A stretch of DNA of 64,000 bases from Methanobacteriota archaeon (lineage in GTDB: Archaea > Halobacteriota > Bog-38 > Methanoflorentales > Methanoflorentaceae). The notes under the pieces were generated by a model, which saw only the letters and a list, made by a program, of their open reading frames with translations, searched no databases and was not told where the DNA came from. Below, piece by piece: positions 20,423-31,851 of this stretch (within the stretch, counting starts at the first letter, position 1; every line of letters starts with the position of its first letter). Where the stretch lies: the NCBI GenBank assembly GCA_963720465.1, contig OY970393.1, positions 1,824,001-1,888,000 of the forward strand, read 5' to 3'. The position numbers and the translations under genes were made by a program.

Positions 20423-21229
20423 ATGGCAAAGGAGAGACTCACGCTAGCCGAATCCACGACTTTCGTTGGTAAGAAAGTCGTAGTCACCGGTGCTGCTTCC
20501 GGCATAGGAAAAGCAATCGCTCTACGATTCGCCGAAGCTGGAGCATCTGTGTCACTTCTAGACGTTAACCCGGAAGGACTTTCTAAAACGGTTGGCTGTT
20601 TAGAAACCGCCCGCTGCCAGCATTCTACCTATGAAATTGACCTGGCTGACAAGAAGAGAATCGATCAGTTTTGGGCTAGTCTCGACGCCGAAAGCCCGCC
20701 CGATATTCTCGTAAACAACGCCGGCGTTTATCCTATGGAGGGCTACTTGGACGTCGACGAGGAATTCCTAGAAAAAGTGTTTAACGTAAATATGAACTCC
20801 GCTTTCTGGATGTGTCAGAACTTCATTCGGTTGAGAAAGGAAAGGGGGGGCATCATCGTCAACGTCTCTTCCATTGAGGCAGTTCTGCCGTTCAAAAAGG
20901 ACATGGTGCACTATGGCATGAGTAAGGCAGGCGTAATCGCACTCACGAGATCGCTCGCTCGAGACTACGGAAAAAGCGGCTTTCGGGTCAATGTCGTTCT
21001 TCCGGGCGCCATAAGAACGTCAGGGACGAGGTCATTAGTGAAAGATGCCATTCTCAACGTAAAGCTAGATCTCGTCAAGAGCGGATATGATTTTCAGCAA
21101 AGGCTTGCTGTTGGACGATGGGGTGAACCTGATGAGGTAGCAAAAGTCGTTCTCTTTCTTTCCAGTGACTTGGCAAGCTATGTTCAAGGCGCAATCGTCC
21201 CCGTTGACGGGGGCTTCCTTTCTTCCTAG
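20423..21229 (+). CDS. Short-chain dehydrogenase/reductase
   Basis: TGAASGIG, NNAG, YGMSK, VDGG. Confidence 0.95.
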   Translation: MAKERLTLAESTTFVGKKVVVTGAASGIGKAIALRFAEAGASVSLLDVNPEGLSKTVGCLETARCQHSTYEIDLADKKRIDQFWASLDAESPPDILVNNAGVYPMEGYLDVDEEFLEKVFNVNMNSAFWMCQNFIRLRKERGGIIVNVSSIEAVLPFKKDMVHYGMSKAGVIALTRSLARDYGKSGFRVNVVLPGAIRTSGTRSLVKDAILNVKLDLVKSGYDFQQRLAVGRWGEPDEVAKVVLFLSSDLASYVQGAIVPVDGGFLSS

Positions 21230-21486
21230 GAGCACGCTCTAAAATCGGAGAGCACGACTGATACGAACATCAACGGCAAGCTAGTGCCAAACATCAAAGA
21301 ACACAAGTCTCATCAGGGGGACGAGATAGAACTGCTGCGTCTGCCGTTCGTAAATTCCCAAACCGCATCGCATACAGAGCTGGAATACTTTGAGAACGTA
21401 GGCAGGACGAGAAAACGCTCCAGAGCAGCTCGCGCGTACCTATAAGAGTACCGCCCAAAGTTAATTTGTAGAGCAGATTCTTCCGC

Positions 21487-21669
21487 TTAAGACGACTGAG
21501 AGGGCGCGACCGCGCTTCGCGGACCGTTTCGAAAAAACAGAAACCAAATCAGAACGAGCACCAGTGCCGCGAGTATTAACCACGGAAGCAAGCGGAGGAA
21601 TATGATGAATGCTACAAGAAGGATTGCCACAACAAGTGCGAGCACGATAAGATCTGATAGAGCGCCCAT
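21487..21669 (-). CDS. 60-aa two-TM microprotein, family copy 2
   Basis: MGALSDLIVLALVVAILLVAFIIFLRLLPWLILAALVLVLIWFLFFRNGPRSAVAPSQSS. Confidence 0.85.
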   Translation of the reverse strand: MGALSDLIVLALVVAILLVAFIIFLRLLPWLILAALVLVLIWFLFFRNGPRSAVAPSQSS

Positions 21670-22136
21670 CACAGAATAGAAGCGACCCCTCGATACATAG
21701 CTGTTTGTCACACATTTTTTCACTTCTCATCGTCGTTTCGAATGCATACCGGCGATGTTCCACACCGCGATGACGAAACGATCTCTTTGAGGCGCTCGAA
21801 TGCTTCCTGCCCGATTCTCAAGATGTTTCCCAGGTTTTCGCTGCGCTGGCCATCCTCGCGTCCGTGTCTGCTGCGGTTTCAGCGGTGCAAAAGCTCCCAA
21901 CGGCTGAAAACACCTTGATCGATTCGTAGAGCATCGCAGCTGTGTTTCGAAACTCGTCTCTCGTCACGCCTGCTGTTTATTGAGGAATCGCGCGTATATG
22001 TAGCGAAAACATGCCCCACACGTACCAGCGATTTTGATGAGGACGTGCAGGTTGAACAGGTTCACCCAGAGCGTCCGGTCGTCGTCGGCGTAGGCCGGTG
22101 ATTATTCAAAAAAGAGTGGCGGCTGCGCACAAGGTT

Positions 22137-22736
22137 TCAGAGAACGTATGGAATAAGCCGCTTCGTTCTCTTCGCGTACGCCACGTATTCATCGCCAAGC
22201 TTCGATGTTAAAACCCTTTCCTCCACGTGAATCCGGTAGCCGAAAGCCATCCCGAAAAAAGCTATGAGCACGAGCACGGCCCCCCACGACTGCAGCACAA
22301 ACCCCAGCCCGACCATGGTGAGGAGCGACCCGGTATACGCGGGATGGCGGACTAATCGATACGGCCCGCGGTCAACCACCGCCTGACCTTCTTGAACGCC
22401 GACCGTCCGCGAGAAATAACGCCCCAGCACGGCAATTGACCACTGTCGAAGCACAATACCCGCGATCATCAGGCCGATCCCGAGATAGAAAGCCCAGCTT
22501 GGCAACGATGCAATACCAGAAGAGGCAAAGAGGAAGGCTATCACAAGGGACACAAACATGCTCAGTGCTATCAGTGGGCGCGAACTCTTGTCTTCGTATC
22601 TGATCGGGGCGCCGCGGCGACGCGAGTGTGGGATAATGCCCCCAACTACGAGCTCGCTCAACAGCCACACCGCGTAAACGACAAAGAATATTGAAGCTGC
22701 AGTCGTCGTTGGGAATAGCTCTGCTAAATAGACCAT
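22137..22736 (-). CDS. Isoprenylcysteine carboxyl methyltransferase family protein
   Basis: LGRYFS, GPYRLVRHPAYTG, RIHVEE, RLIPY. Confidence 0.93.
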   Translation of the reverse strand: MVYLAELFPTTTAASIFFVVYAVWLLSELVVGGIIPHSRRRGAPIRYEDKSSRPLIALSMFVSLVIAFLFASSGIASLPSWAFYLGIGLMIAGIVLRQWSIAVLGRYFSRTVGVQEGQAVVDRGPYRLVRHPAYTGSLLTMVGLGFVLQSWGAVLVLIAFFGMAFGYRIHVEERVLTSKLGDEYVAYAKRTKRLIPYVL

Positions 22737-22902
22737 CTTATCTCTGCTGGGCTGTCTTATTCTCCTTCAATATCCACTTATCGCCATATCCAGTTGCTTG
22801 TCCGCTCCTCCGCAACGTCAGCACGTTCGTCAAGTCTATTCGCTATCATGAGCGAAGTCCGTTACGGGGTCTCCGTTTCGGCTGAAGAAACAAAGCGCGA
22901 AT

Positions 22903-23069
22903 CTAATAAGCAACCGGTCTTCGAGGATTTCGGAAAAACAAGACCCACACTACAAGTGCACCAGCGCGACAAGCATAAACAACCGAAGCAAGTGGGTGAT
23001 TACAATGATCGCTAGGAGCAAGATACTAGGGATCAGTACTATGACGAGAAGATCTGATAGTATGCCTAT
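22903..23069 (-). pseudogene. Two-TM microprotein family copy 3, decayed
   Basis: (ATA)GILSDLLVIVLIPSILLLAIIVITHLL... frameshift ...LVVWVLFFRNPRRPVAY*. Confidence 0.75.
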
Positions 23070-23217
23070 TACGTAATAGAAACTGCCGTCAGGAGTGATA
23101 ACTATTTGTTATCGCCGGTTAGTACGCGCACCGCCACGCCGTCTTGCCACCGATCGTAATTGACACCCTCCGTCCCGCGAGGGCGCATCGCAGCCAGAAT
23201 ACCAAGTCATATGGAAC

Positions 23218-23994
23218 TCAGCCAAACCTGCGAACGAGTGGAAGAAAAATCCATTCCCATTTAGGAGCGACGTATCTCCGCTTTGGTCGCCGGGATTCGA
23301 CCGCCTTAACAACTTGTTTTGCAATGCTACCCGTGTCTTGTACCTCGCGCTTTATCAGTCGCTCTCCCCCTTCGCGGACGTATCCCATGCGATCTTTATA
23401 GAGCCCATTTACGTCCATCCACTCGTATTTTTTCGCTAGGTTTTTCTGATTGAAGCCTGTGTTATACCCTCCGGGGTTGATGAGAATCACTTTGATGCCA
23501 AATGGTTTCAGTTCGGTTCGCAAAGAGGACGCGACACTTTCGAGGGCAGATTTTGTCATGGCATATGGTGCGTAAAATGGCATGGGAATAAGGCCTGCCA
23601 TTGAGCCCATGAATACAATGCGTCCTCCACCCTTTGCGATCATCTGAGGCAATGCTTTCTGCGTCAGTCGCAGCGCTGAAAACACGTTTGTCTCAAACAC
23701 GGCGCTTATTCGTTGAGGGTCTATTTCGGCCAACGGGCCGGAATCGCCGATAGCGGCGTTGTTGATTAAGACATCGATATCCCACTCATCGACCTTGTAG
23801 ATGTCGTTTACTGCAGTGACGTCGAGTTTTTCTACCACAAAGTTCTCGCCGAACGACGTCAAAACAGTTCGCAATTCATCGACTGAGTCCTCCTTGTGAA
23901 CGGTTGCATAGACCCTATGTCCTCTCTTGAGCAGCCTGCACGCCACATCGAGCCCTATGCCCCCTCTGCACCCGGTTATAAGAATACTTGCCAT
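23218..23994 (-). CDS. Short-chain dehydrogenase/reductase
   Basis: ILITGCRGGIG, NNAA, YAMTK, INPG; start set at MASIL. Confidence 0.93.
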   Translation of the reverse strand: MASILITGCRGGIGLDVACRLLKRGHRVYATVHKEDSVDELRTVLTSFGENFVVEKLDVTAVNDIYKVDEWDIDVLINNAAIGDSGPLAEIDPQRISAVFETNVFSALRLTQKALPQMIAKGGGRIVFMGSMAGLIPMPFYAPYAMTKSALESVASSLRTELKPFGIKVILINPGGYNTGFNQKNLAKKYEWMDVNGLYKDRMGYVREGGERLIKREVQDTGSIAKQVVKAVESRRPKRRYVAPKWEWIFLPLVRRFG

Positions 23995-24115
23995 AATCTG
24001 CCTAACCTCTCGTTTCGGTGGTATTTGAGTAGCTTGTCTTAAGGATACTGACCCGCGGAGCGCAGCGCACAAGGTTGCGGGCATCGCGTACACTCCCCGG
24101 CTTGTGCACGCAGGT

Positions 24116-24202
24116 GTGACACAAACGTGCTGTCACGCTTTCCCATACAAACGTGCTGTCACGCTTTCCCACACAATCCCTGTCTCACGCGGCCTTATGA
24201 AA
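24116..24202 (+). promoter_or_regulatory. Operator array (3 x 26 bp) plus TATA-like box of the Cys-microprotein cassette
   Basis: ACAAACGTGCTGTCACGCTTTCCCAY x2 plus a degenerate third unit; GTGACA-N9-TGTCAC palindrome; CCTTATGAAA. Confidence 0.75.
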
Positions 24203-24236
24203 CTACTCTGAGCAGGGTAGCTTGGAGATGAACCTT

Positions 24237-24395
24237 ATGGCAACGAACGTAACGAGCATAAAAAACGGCGCCTGTCTGTATGGCCTTCGCTTCGGCTGCG
24301 TGAACACGACCAACGATCCGAACTGCAACAAGTGTGCAGAGCGCCTCGCCAACGCCGTGAACAGCGTGCTTCGACCGACGCACGGAAGAGCTTGA
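24237..24395 (+). CDS. 52-aa Cys-rich microprotein (not in ORF track)
   Basis: MATNVTSIKNGACLYGLRFGCVNTTNDPNCNKCAERLANAVNSVLRPTHGRA; GGAGATGA RBS; paralog at 54891 with many synonymous differences. Confidence 0.85.
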   Translation: MATNVTSIKNGACLYGLRFGCVNTTNDPNCNKCAERLANAVNSVLRPTHGRA

Positions 24396-24826
24396 GCGAA
24401 TAATGAGTTCCCAAAACGTTCATTTCACGGTGAATATGGCCACAGCAACGAGTCATATGAGGCGCGGGGCACGCGTGACTACCTAGTTTTTGCGGCGTCA
24501 TTGGCGTATTGGCTTGCCCTGCGCCAGCAGCGGAGGCAGGCACCGCTCATCATGCCACTCGTGGTGGGTGTTGGCCGGGGCGTTGGTCTTCGCGGTCGCG
24601 TTGTGTCGAGGCACCCAAGCCCGTTCCACGCGCAGAATGTGACAGGCTGGTTGGTGACCCATTTGCTGCTGGCGATAACCCACTACCTAGGAGATCTCGC
24701 GAGGGGGCTGTCCAGCCTAGGGGGATCCGACTTCCTGTAGGTTCTCACTTTTTTTGGCCCCAATCAAAGGGCCACCTTCTTAGGCGTCGCATTTTATATA
24801 AGTCGTCAATTTGACGCTGTAACGCC

Positions 24827-25207
24827 TCAGACTCGCCCCAAAGACGTTAAGTTCCCAAAGAAGAGGTTTCCTATGCTAACGCCGAGCAGCGCTAATGCAA
24901 CTGCAACCACGATGACGATGATGACGATGACTACAAGCGCGATAACTTCAGCGATTGCGAGAACGAATCCAAACCGTATGCCAAATTCGATGAGTCTCCC
25001 AATGCCAAGGTGCATCAACTCATCGAGTGCGTTACGGGGTGGCTCGGGCAGCTCGGCGCTTGGCCCGTAGTGCGCGATGTCTTGCTGCTGAGGTTCAGGC
25101 ATTGGCGCATTCTGTGGTAGTGGTTCGCCACATCGTCTGCAAAATTCAGCGTTTGCGTCGTTAATGGTCATGCATTTTTCACACATCGTGCGGTCTGCTT
25201 CTTCCAT
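24827..25207 (-). CDS. Zinc-ribbon membrane protein
   Basis: CEKC...FCRRCG N-terminus, Pro/Gln linker, hydrophobic C-terminus. Confidence 0.8.
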   Translation of the reverse strand: MEEADRTMCEKCMTINDANAEFCRRCGEPLPQNAPMPEPQQQDIAHYGPSAELPEPPRNALDELMHLGIGRLIEFGIRFGFVLAIAEVIALVVIVIIVIVVAVALALLGVSIGNLFFGNLTSLGRV

Positions 25208-25236
25208 GTTTCCAGATCCTGTGGATTATTTTCGGC

Positions 25237-25983
25237 TTAACGGTTTTCTTTTTCGGACCGAATATCCGAGACCAAAAATCGACCCTGGGCGGGTAATCGC
25301 AACGTCAGCAATTCGACTTGCTTCTGCAGGGTCTCCTTATCGGCTTTCAATTCGAGCGAGTGGCCCTTCTCAACTTGTAGTGCCGCTTCGAGGCTTGCTT
25401 TGTCCTTTTCCAGGAGTTCAACGCGGTGCTGCAGGTCAATCACACCCGTTTGGTGCGAGGCTTCTGATTCCCGCCGCTGTTCCATCAAAGCGCGGTTGCG
25501 CTCTCCAGATTCTTTCAGATTAGCATCGAGCTTCTGCGTAACACTTTCAAGTTCTTCGAGCGAGTTCTCCAGCTGTTGGATACTCGCAGAACGGTCTGCC
25601 TTAAGCTGTCGCATTTGCTTCTCACAGTCGGCGCGGATTTGCTGTATCTCAGCATCATGCTCAGTGATAAGTTTCTCAATCTTTTTCTCGTGTTCAGCGC
25701 GCACGCGTTGTACTATATTTGCGCTTTCCGCACGCTGATTTTGGACTTGTTTTTCGTATTCCGCGCGTTGCAGCTGCAACGCCTCCTCAGAATTGGTTTG
25801 CAGTGCTTCCATTTCACGTCCGTAATCGGCCAATGTTTTTTTCTCTGCGTAGCGCTCTTGGACTATCTGAGCCAAGAATGCCGAGAGCGATTTACTCTCA
25901 GTTGCGGCCTGCTCTTTGAGAAGCGACGCCAAGTCGGACGACAATGCAACCGAATAACGAATCTTTCCGCTTTTTTGCGCCAT
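25237..25983 (-). CDS. Ribbon-helix-helix (CopG-like) plus long coiled-coil protein; C-terminus probably frameshifted
   Basis: IRYSVALSSDLASLLKEQAATESKSLSAFLAQIV RHH pattern; long heptad region; GAGGGGAG RBS. Confidence 0.8.
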   Translation of the reverse strand: MAQKSGKIRYSVALSSDLASLLKEQAATESKSLSAFLAQIVQERYAEKKTLADYGREMEALQTNSEEALQLQRAEYEKQVQNQRAESANIVQRVRAEHEKKIEKLITEHDAEIQQIRADCEKQMRQLKADRSASIQQLENSLEELESVTQKLDANLKESGERNRALMEQRRESEASHQTGVIDLQHRVELLEKDKASLEAALQVEKGHSLELKADKETLQKQVELLTLRLPAQGRFLVSDIRSEKENR

Positions 25984-26022
25984 GTACTCCCCTCGTTTGC
26001 TCTTTCAATCTGATGTAAAGTA

Positions 26023-26184
26023 GCTGCAAGTGACTTAAATTGCAGCACAAACACTCTACAGAGCTGCATGCTTGCAGCATTATTATCAATTCCCGAAGTG
26101 ATATAAACGATGTGCGGCGAGGTGCTGCAGATATCCGCTGGAAGTGCCAAAAAATGACTAAAAAGTTGCAGCGCTAGTGCTGCA
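26023..26184. repeat. Seven TGCAGC/GCTGCA hexamers upstream of the RHH gene
   Basis: Sites start at 26023, 26041, 26063, 26073, 26124, 26167, 26179; TTTATAT on the minus strand at 26101-26107. Confidence 0.65.
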
Positions 26185-26817
26185 GTTCGTGTGGTTACTC
26201 AGAGATGTCGAAGTTCAAAAAAGAACGACGTAGTGAGCTCTAAGGGTCGAAATTAGTATGTCTGTTGTGCGCTGTCCCTCAAGAACTAGGAGAATATAGG
26301 AAAAAAAGGGATAGTTTGTATAAATGGGCGAACAAATCGCAAAAATGTGCACTTCCAGAGGCGAGCAAAAATGGGTGAACGCGTCACGTCGAGAAATCAA
26401 AAAGTGATAAGCCATTTGATTGACCGGTTGGGCAGCAGAATAGGAGGCCGAAAGAAAAGAAAGAAAAGGATAATTTCTATAGAGTAGGCCACACATCCCA
26501 AGAAAAAAATTAACGTTTCCTCTTGTGCGCACGATGCCATCTTGCTAACTGGACGCTCTAGTAATAATCAATCGGCTGGGTTTGTCAAAGCACTCGTGTA
26601 GCTGCTCCTGTCGAATGTTTCTTTATCAACAAATGTTCTTGATTATTTACGAAACGATGTTTCGGCCTTATTTTTCAGGTCATCTACCGGCCGCCTTTGA
26701 TGCACTCATCGTTAAGGGTCTTCCTAGCAGAGCAAAGAATCGAGCTCGAATAAGAATCTTTATGCTGCGGCTTGTTTCATACCCAATACAAATTCCGCAA
26801 TGCGGGGGGGGATCTAA

Positions 26818-27387
26818 GTGAGCAGTGAACCGAGTCGCTTGCAGGTATTTTTCACGGTGCTGTTGGGATATGGCGTGGCACGCCCTTACAAGCGCTACGT
26901 AGAGAGCTTCGGTCTGACAGGCAATGAGGTGGTGCTGGATTATGGATCTGGCTCGGGTCGCATATCACGACACATTGCCGAACGCCTGTTGCCAGGTAAG
27001 GGCCACTTGACGTGCGTCGATGTTTCTAAAGTATGGATGGAGACCATACAAAAAAGGCTGAAAAAGTACCCCAATGTGGACTATCAGCTTGGTGACATTG
27101 CTGCACTTGACATAGCTGATAACGCCTATGACATTGTTGTCGTGCACTTCGTGTTGCACCACGTAGAGATGGACCAGCGGCAAGAAAAAGTGGAGATATT
27201 GGTGCGAAAGTTGAAGCCGCGCGGCAGACTGTTTATTCGCGAGCCGACTCGAGCGGAGCATGGCGCACCGACAGCTGAAATCCGCGCCCTGATGTCTGCG
27301 GCAGGGCTCCACGAGCGCGAGAGCCGAATGACCAGATCGTTGATGGGCGAAGTCTTTGAAGGAGTGTTCGACAAGGCCTCGGTGTAA
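26818..27387 (+). CDS. Class I SAM methyltransferase
   Basis: VLDYGSGSG, YDIVVVHFVLHH, LKPRG. Confidence 0.9.
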   Translation: MSSEPSRLQVFFTVLLGYGVARPYKRYVESFGLTGNEVVLDYGSGSGRISRHIAERLLPGKGHLTCVDVSKVWMETIQKRLKKYPNVDYQLGDIAALDIADNAYDIVVVHFVLHHVEMDQRQEKVEILVRKLKPRGRLFIREPTRAEHGAPTAEIRALMSAAGLHERESRMTRSLMGEVFEGVFDKASV

Positions 27388-27820
27388 CGTATCCTTCCGC
27401 CCTTAGTGATTTAGCGTCGTTTCCAAGAAACAATCTGTTTCCATTACACGACAAAAGCTAGCCGCAGCGAAACGACAACGCTCAAGCTATATTACCGTCT
27501 TTCACTGGTCCAACTTATTTTTTTGATAACGGTGCAAAAAAGAGAGCTATGTGGGCTGTGGATTACTCAGTAGCGAAGGTTATGCAGAAATAGCCGCCGG
27601 AGAGTTGCCCTTCACAGATAGCAAGATCGTGGTAGCTTAGGCTTCATGCAACTGCTCGCGGATATCCCGTAAAGTGGAGCGGGGAAAAAGAAGGCAGAGT
27701 ACTGATGACCACGCGTGTGACGGTTTCGAACCTTGAGCGAACTCACAAGGAGTACGCGTCTCCAGACTTTGGGTCGGCACTCGGTCCATGTCTGCTCGCT
27801 TTGACTAATTTCACGACTTA

Positions 27821-29947
<2,127 letters not shown>

Positions 29948-30063
29948 AGGTACCTCAGAAGTAGGCTAGTGTCGCGACGAAATAAAGCGCCACTGACGAT
30001 GCGTAACCCTCTGGGAGTACGCACGCTATGCAGCGTGCTCGCTGAAATACCGGAACGCCGATC

Positions 30064-30465
30064 TTAAGCGATCTTGTTTCCCGCGTTGGGTCCAGGGGCG
30101 ACGTCAAACACGTCGGTGACCTTCATGACGATGCAGCCTTTTGCCGGCAAGTTGGCGTTCATCGCCTTTATGACCTGCTTTATCGTCTCGTAGTCGGGGC
30201 CGTCAGTCACGTAGTTGCCCGTGCCCTTCACCTGATAGCCCTCCCTTCCGATCCACGACGTGACGGCTACGTTGCAGTTCGCTTTCTTCGCATTTTCAGC
30301 CGTCTTTTTGAAGAAGTTGTCGCCGATAAGGATCGTTTCGGGATCGCGCACGACGATCGACGCTACGGGAACCGCGTTAGGTACGCCCGCATCGCTTACC
30401 GTCGTTACCACGACGGCATTCATCGCTCTGATATTCTCTATTACTTTTTCTGGCATTGCGACCAT
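30064..30465 (-). CDS. Pyridoxamine 5'-phosphate oxidase-like FMN-binding protein
   Basis: GVPNAVP, DNFFKKT, GYQVKG, PGPNAG; AAGGAGG RBS. Confidence 0.9.
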   Translation of the reverse strand: MVAMPEKVIENIRAMNAVVVTTVSDAGVPNAVPVASIVVRDPETILIGDNFFKKTAENAKKANCNVAVTSWIGREGYQVKGTGNYVTDGPDYETIKQVIKAMNANLPAKGCIVMKVTDVFDVAPGPNAGNKIA

Positions 30466-30518
30466 TCGACATGCCTCCTTTACCTACTCATGAAAGGGTC
30501 AACGATATACCCCTTTTC

Positions 30519-30644
30519 CTTGCAACGGGGCCCGCGCCAGGGGGGGTGTTTATGTTGTGTCACATAACAGTGCGACGAGCTGAACAGCAGACCACACCTT
30601 TTTTTGGGGCGGGGGCTTTGAACTGCCAGGGCCCTGTACGCAAG
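30519..30644 (+). ncRNA. Candidate ~126-nt multibranched RNA structure
   Basis: Nested CTTGC/GCAAG, GGGGCCC/GGGCCCT, CCAGGGGGGGTGT/ACACCTTTTTTTGG (G-U rich) and TTATGT/ACATAA. Confidence 0.4.
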
Positions 30645-30745
30645 CCGCTTTGAAAGTAAAAGATCGTAACGCGTACCGCGCTGAAATACTACAAAAAGGT
30701 AGTTTTATTTGCTTGACTGCTCACGTTTAAGACATACGGCAAGGT

Positions 30746-31306
30746 ATGAAGCGAATTGCGTTTGGGTTAATCGTCTTATTATTAACTGCTACGGTGCTTA
30801 CCGCGGCGTTGATCACAAACTTTTCTAATCCTTTTGCCTCGTCAAAGTCCGATTACAGTGCCAATTTTGCAAAAAGCATTGGGAGTACAGGGTGGACTCC
30901 AATAAATCCAATATCACAGACAGCTGACAATGTGTACTCGGGTTCGCATAGAGCAAGCAGCGGAAATAGCAGCGAAAATAGAAGCTTTAATCTCACGGTG
31001 ACGATCGAGATCGCACAGTCCGCAGCTGTGGCACAAGAACGGTATGGACAGTTAGTGTTCCAAAAACAGAGTGACGGGTATACAAGAGGGAATAGCCAAC
31101 TTGGTAACTCGACCATATTTGGCGATACAAGCGCCTCGTGGTTTGGGTATACAACAAACAGCCCCGTAAGTGCAACGACGAATGCAACGACGAATGCATC
31201 GAGTAGTGTATCGACGTATACTCTTTTGTACGCCTACGATAAAGAGATTAATAACTGGGTTGTAGTAACTGAGACCGCAGATACGATCGGTCAAAACCTC
31301 AGCTGA
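30746..31306 (+). CDS. Secreted Ser/Thr/Asn-rich protein
   Basis: Signal peptide MKRIAFGLIVLLL...; several NxS/T sequons. Confidence 0.8.
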   Translation: MKRIAFGLIVLLLTATVLTAALITNFSNPFASSKSDYSANFAKSIGSTGWTPINPISQTADNVYSGSHRASSGNSSENRSFNLTVTIEIAQSAAVAQERYGQLVFQKQSDGYTRGNSQLGNSTIFGDTSASWFGYTTNSPVSATTNATTNASSSVSTYTLLYAYDKEINNWVVVTETADTIGQNLS

Positions 31307-31710
31307 TCTTTGTTCCGTCTTTGTCCGGCCCCCCTTTTTTTTGGTGAACTAGCAGCAAGAAATATGCTACATCAAGCGCGAAACCGGGGTAATCTTGACA
31401 CTGCGATAAAATAATGCTTATAGGGGGGTCTGTTGCTCGAAATTAGCCATGCGCTGTCGATTGCGGAACCCGTTTTGTCGCGTCGCTTGGTATCTTAACG
31501 TCAAACGTGTTGAGCCGAGCTTAATATGGTTAGCGTTTACGATTGGAAGTCAAGCAGCCGTTGTGATTTTTGTTTTTCGGGCCATCGGACGATAAAAGAT
31601 GGGCCGCAGCTAAAACGACAAGACTTAAGCTATAACGCCGCCGTTTGCTTGTTTGATTCATTCTTTCGTCAAGGGGGGGAGAGCGTTAAAAAAGGAGTGT
31701 TGATAGGGAA

Positions 31711-31851
31711 ATGCAACCAGACGAAATAGAAGAAATAGACCACTTAAAGCGCATTGCAGACGCATCTGAAAATCTCGTAAAAATTGGTTGGGTCATATCT
31801 GTCTTGTTTATTGCACTGCTGGTGATACTACTGTCGTTGATATTTCTGTAG
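31711..31851 (+). CDS. 46-aa single-TM microprotein (not in ORF track)
   Basis: MQPDEIEEIDHLKRIADASENLVKIGWVISVLFIALLVILLSLIFL; AAGGAG upstream. Confidence 0.6.
   Translation: MQPDEIEEIDHLKRIADASENLVKIGWVISVLFIALLVILLSLIFL

Noticed and set aside
21720-22110. Possible decayed gene between microprotein copy 2 and the ICMT gene
   Set aside because: Coding-like but no family motif could be recognised in any frame
24116-24202. 26-bp repeats as a mini CRISPR array
   Set aside because: Units are contiguous with no unique spacers, there are only 2-3 of them, and no cas genes are present
27715-27790. GGTTCGAAACC on the minus strand resembling a tRNA T-loop
   Set aside because: Only a 2-bp T stem; no acceptor, D or anticodon arms could be built
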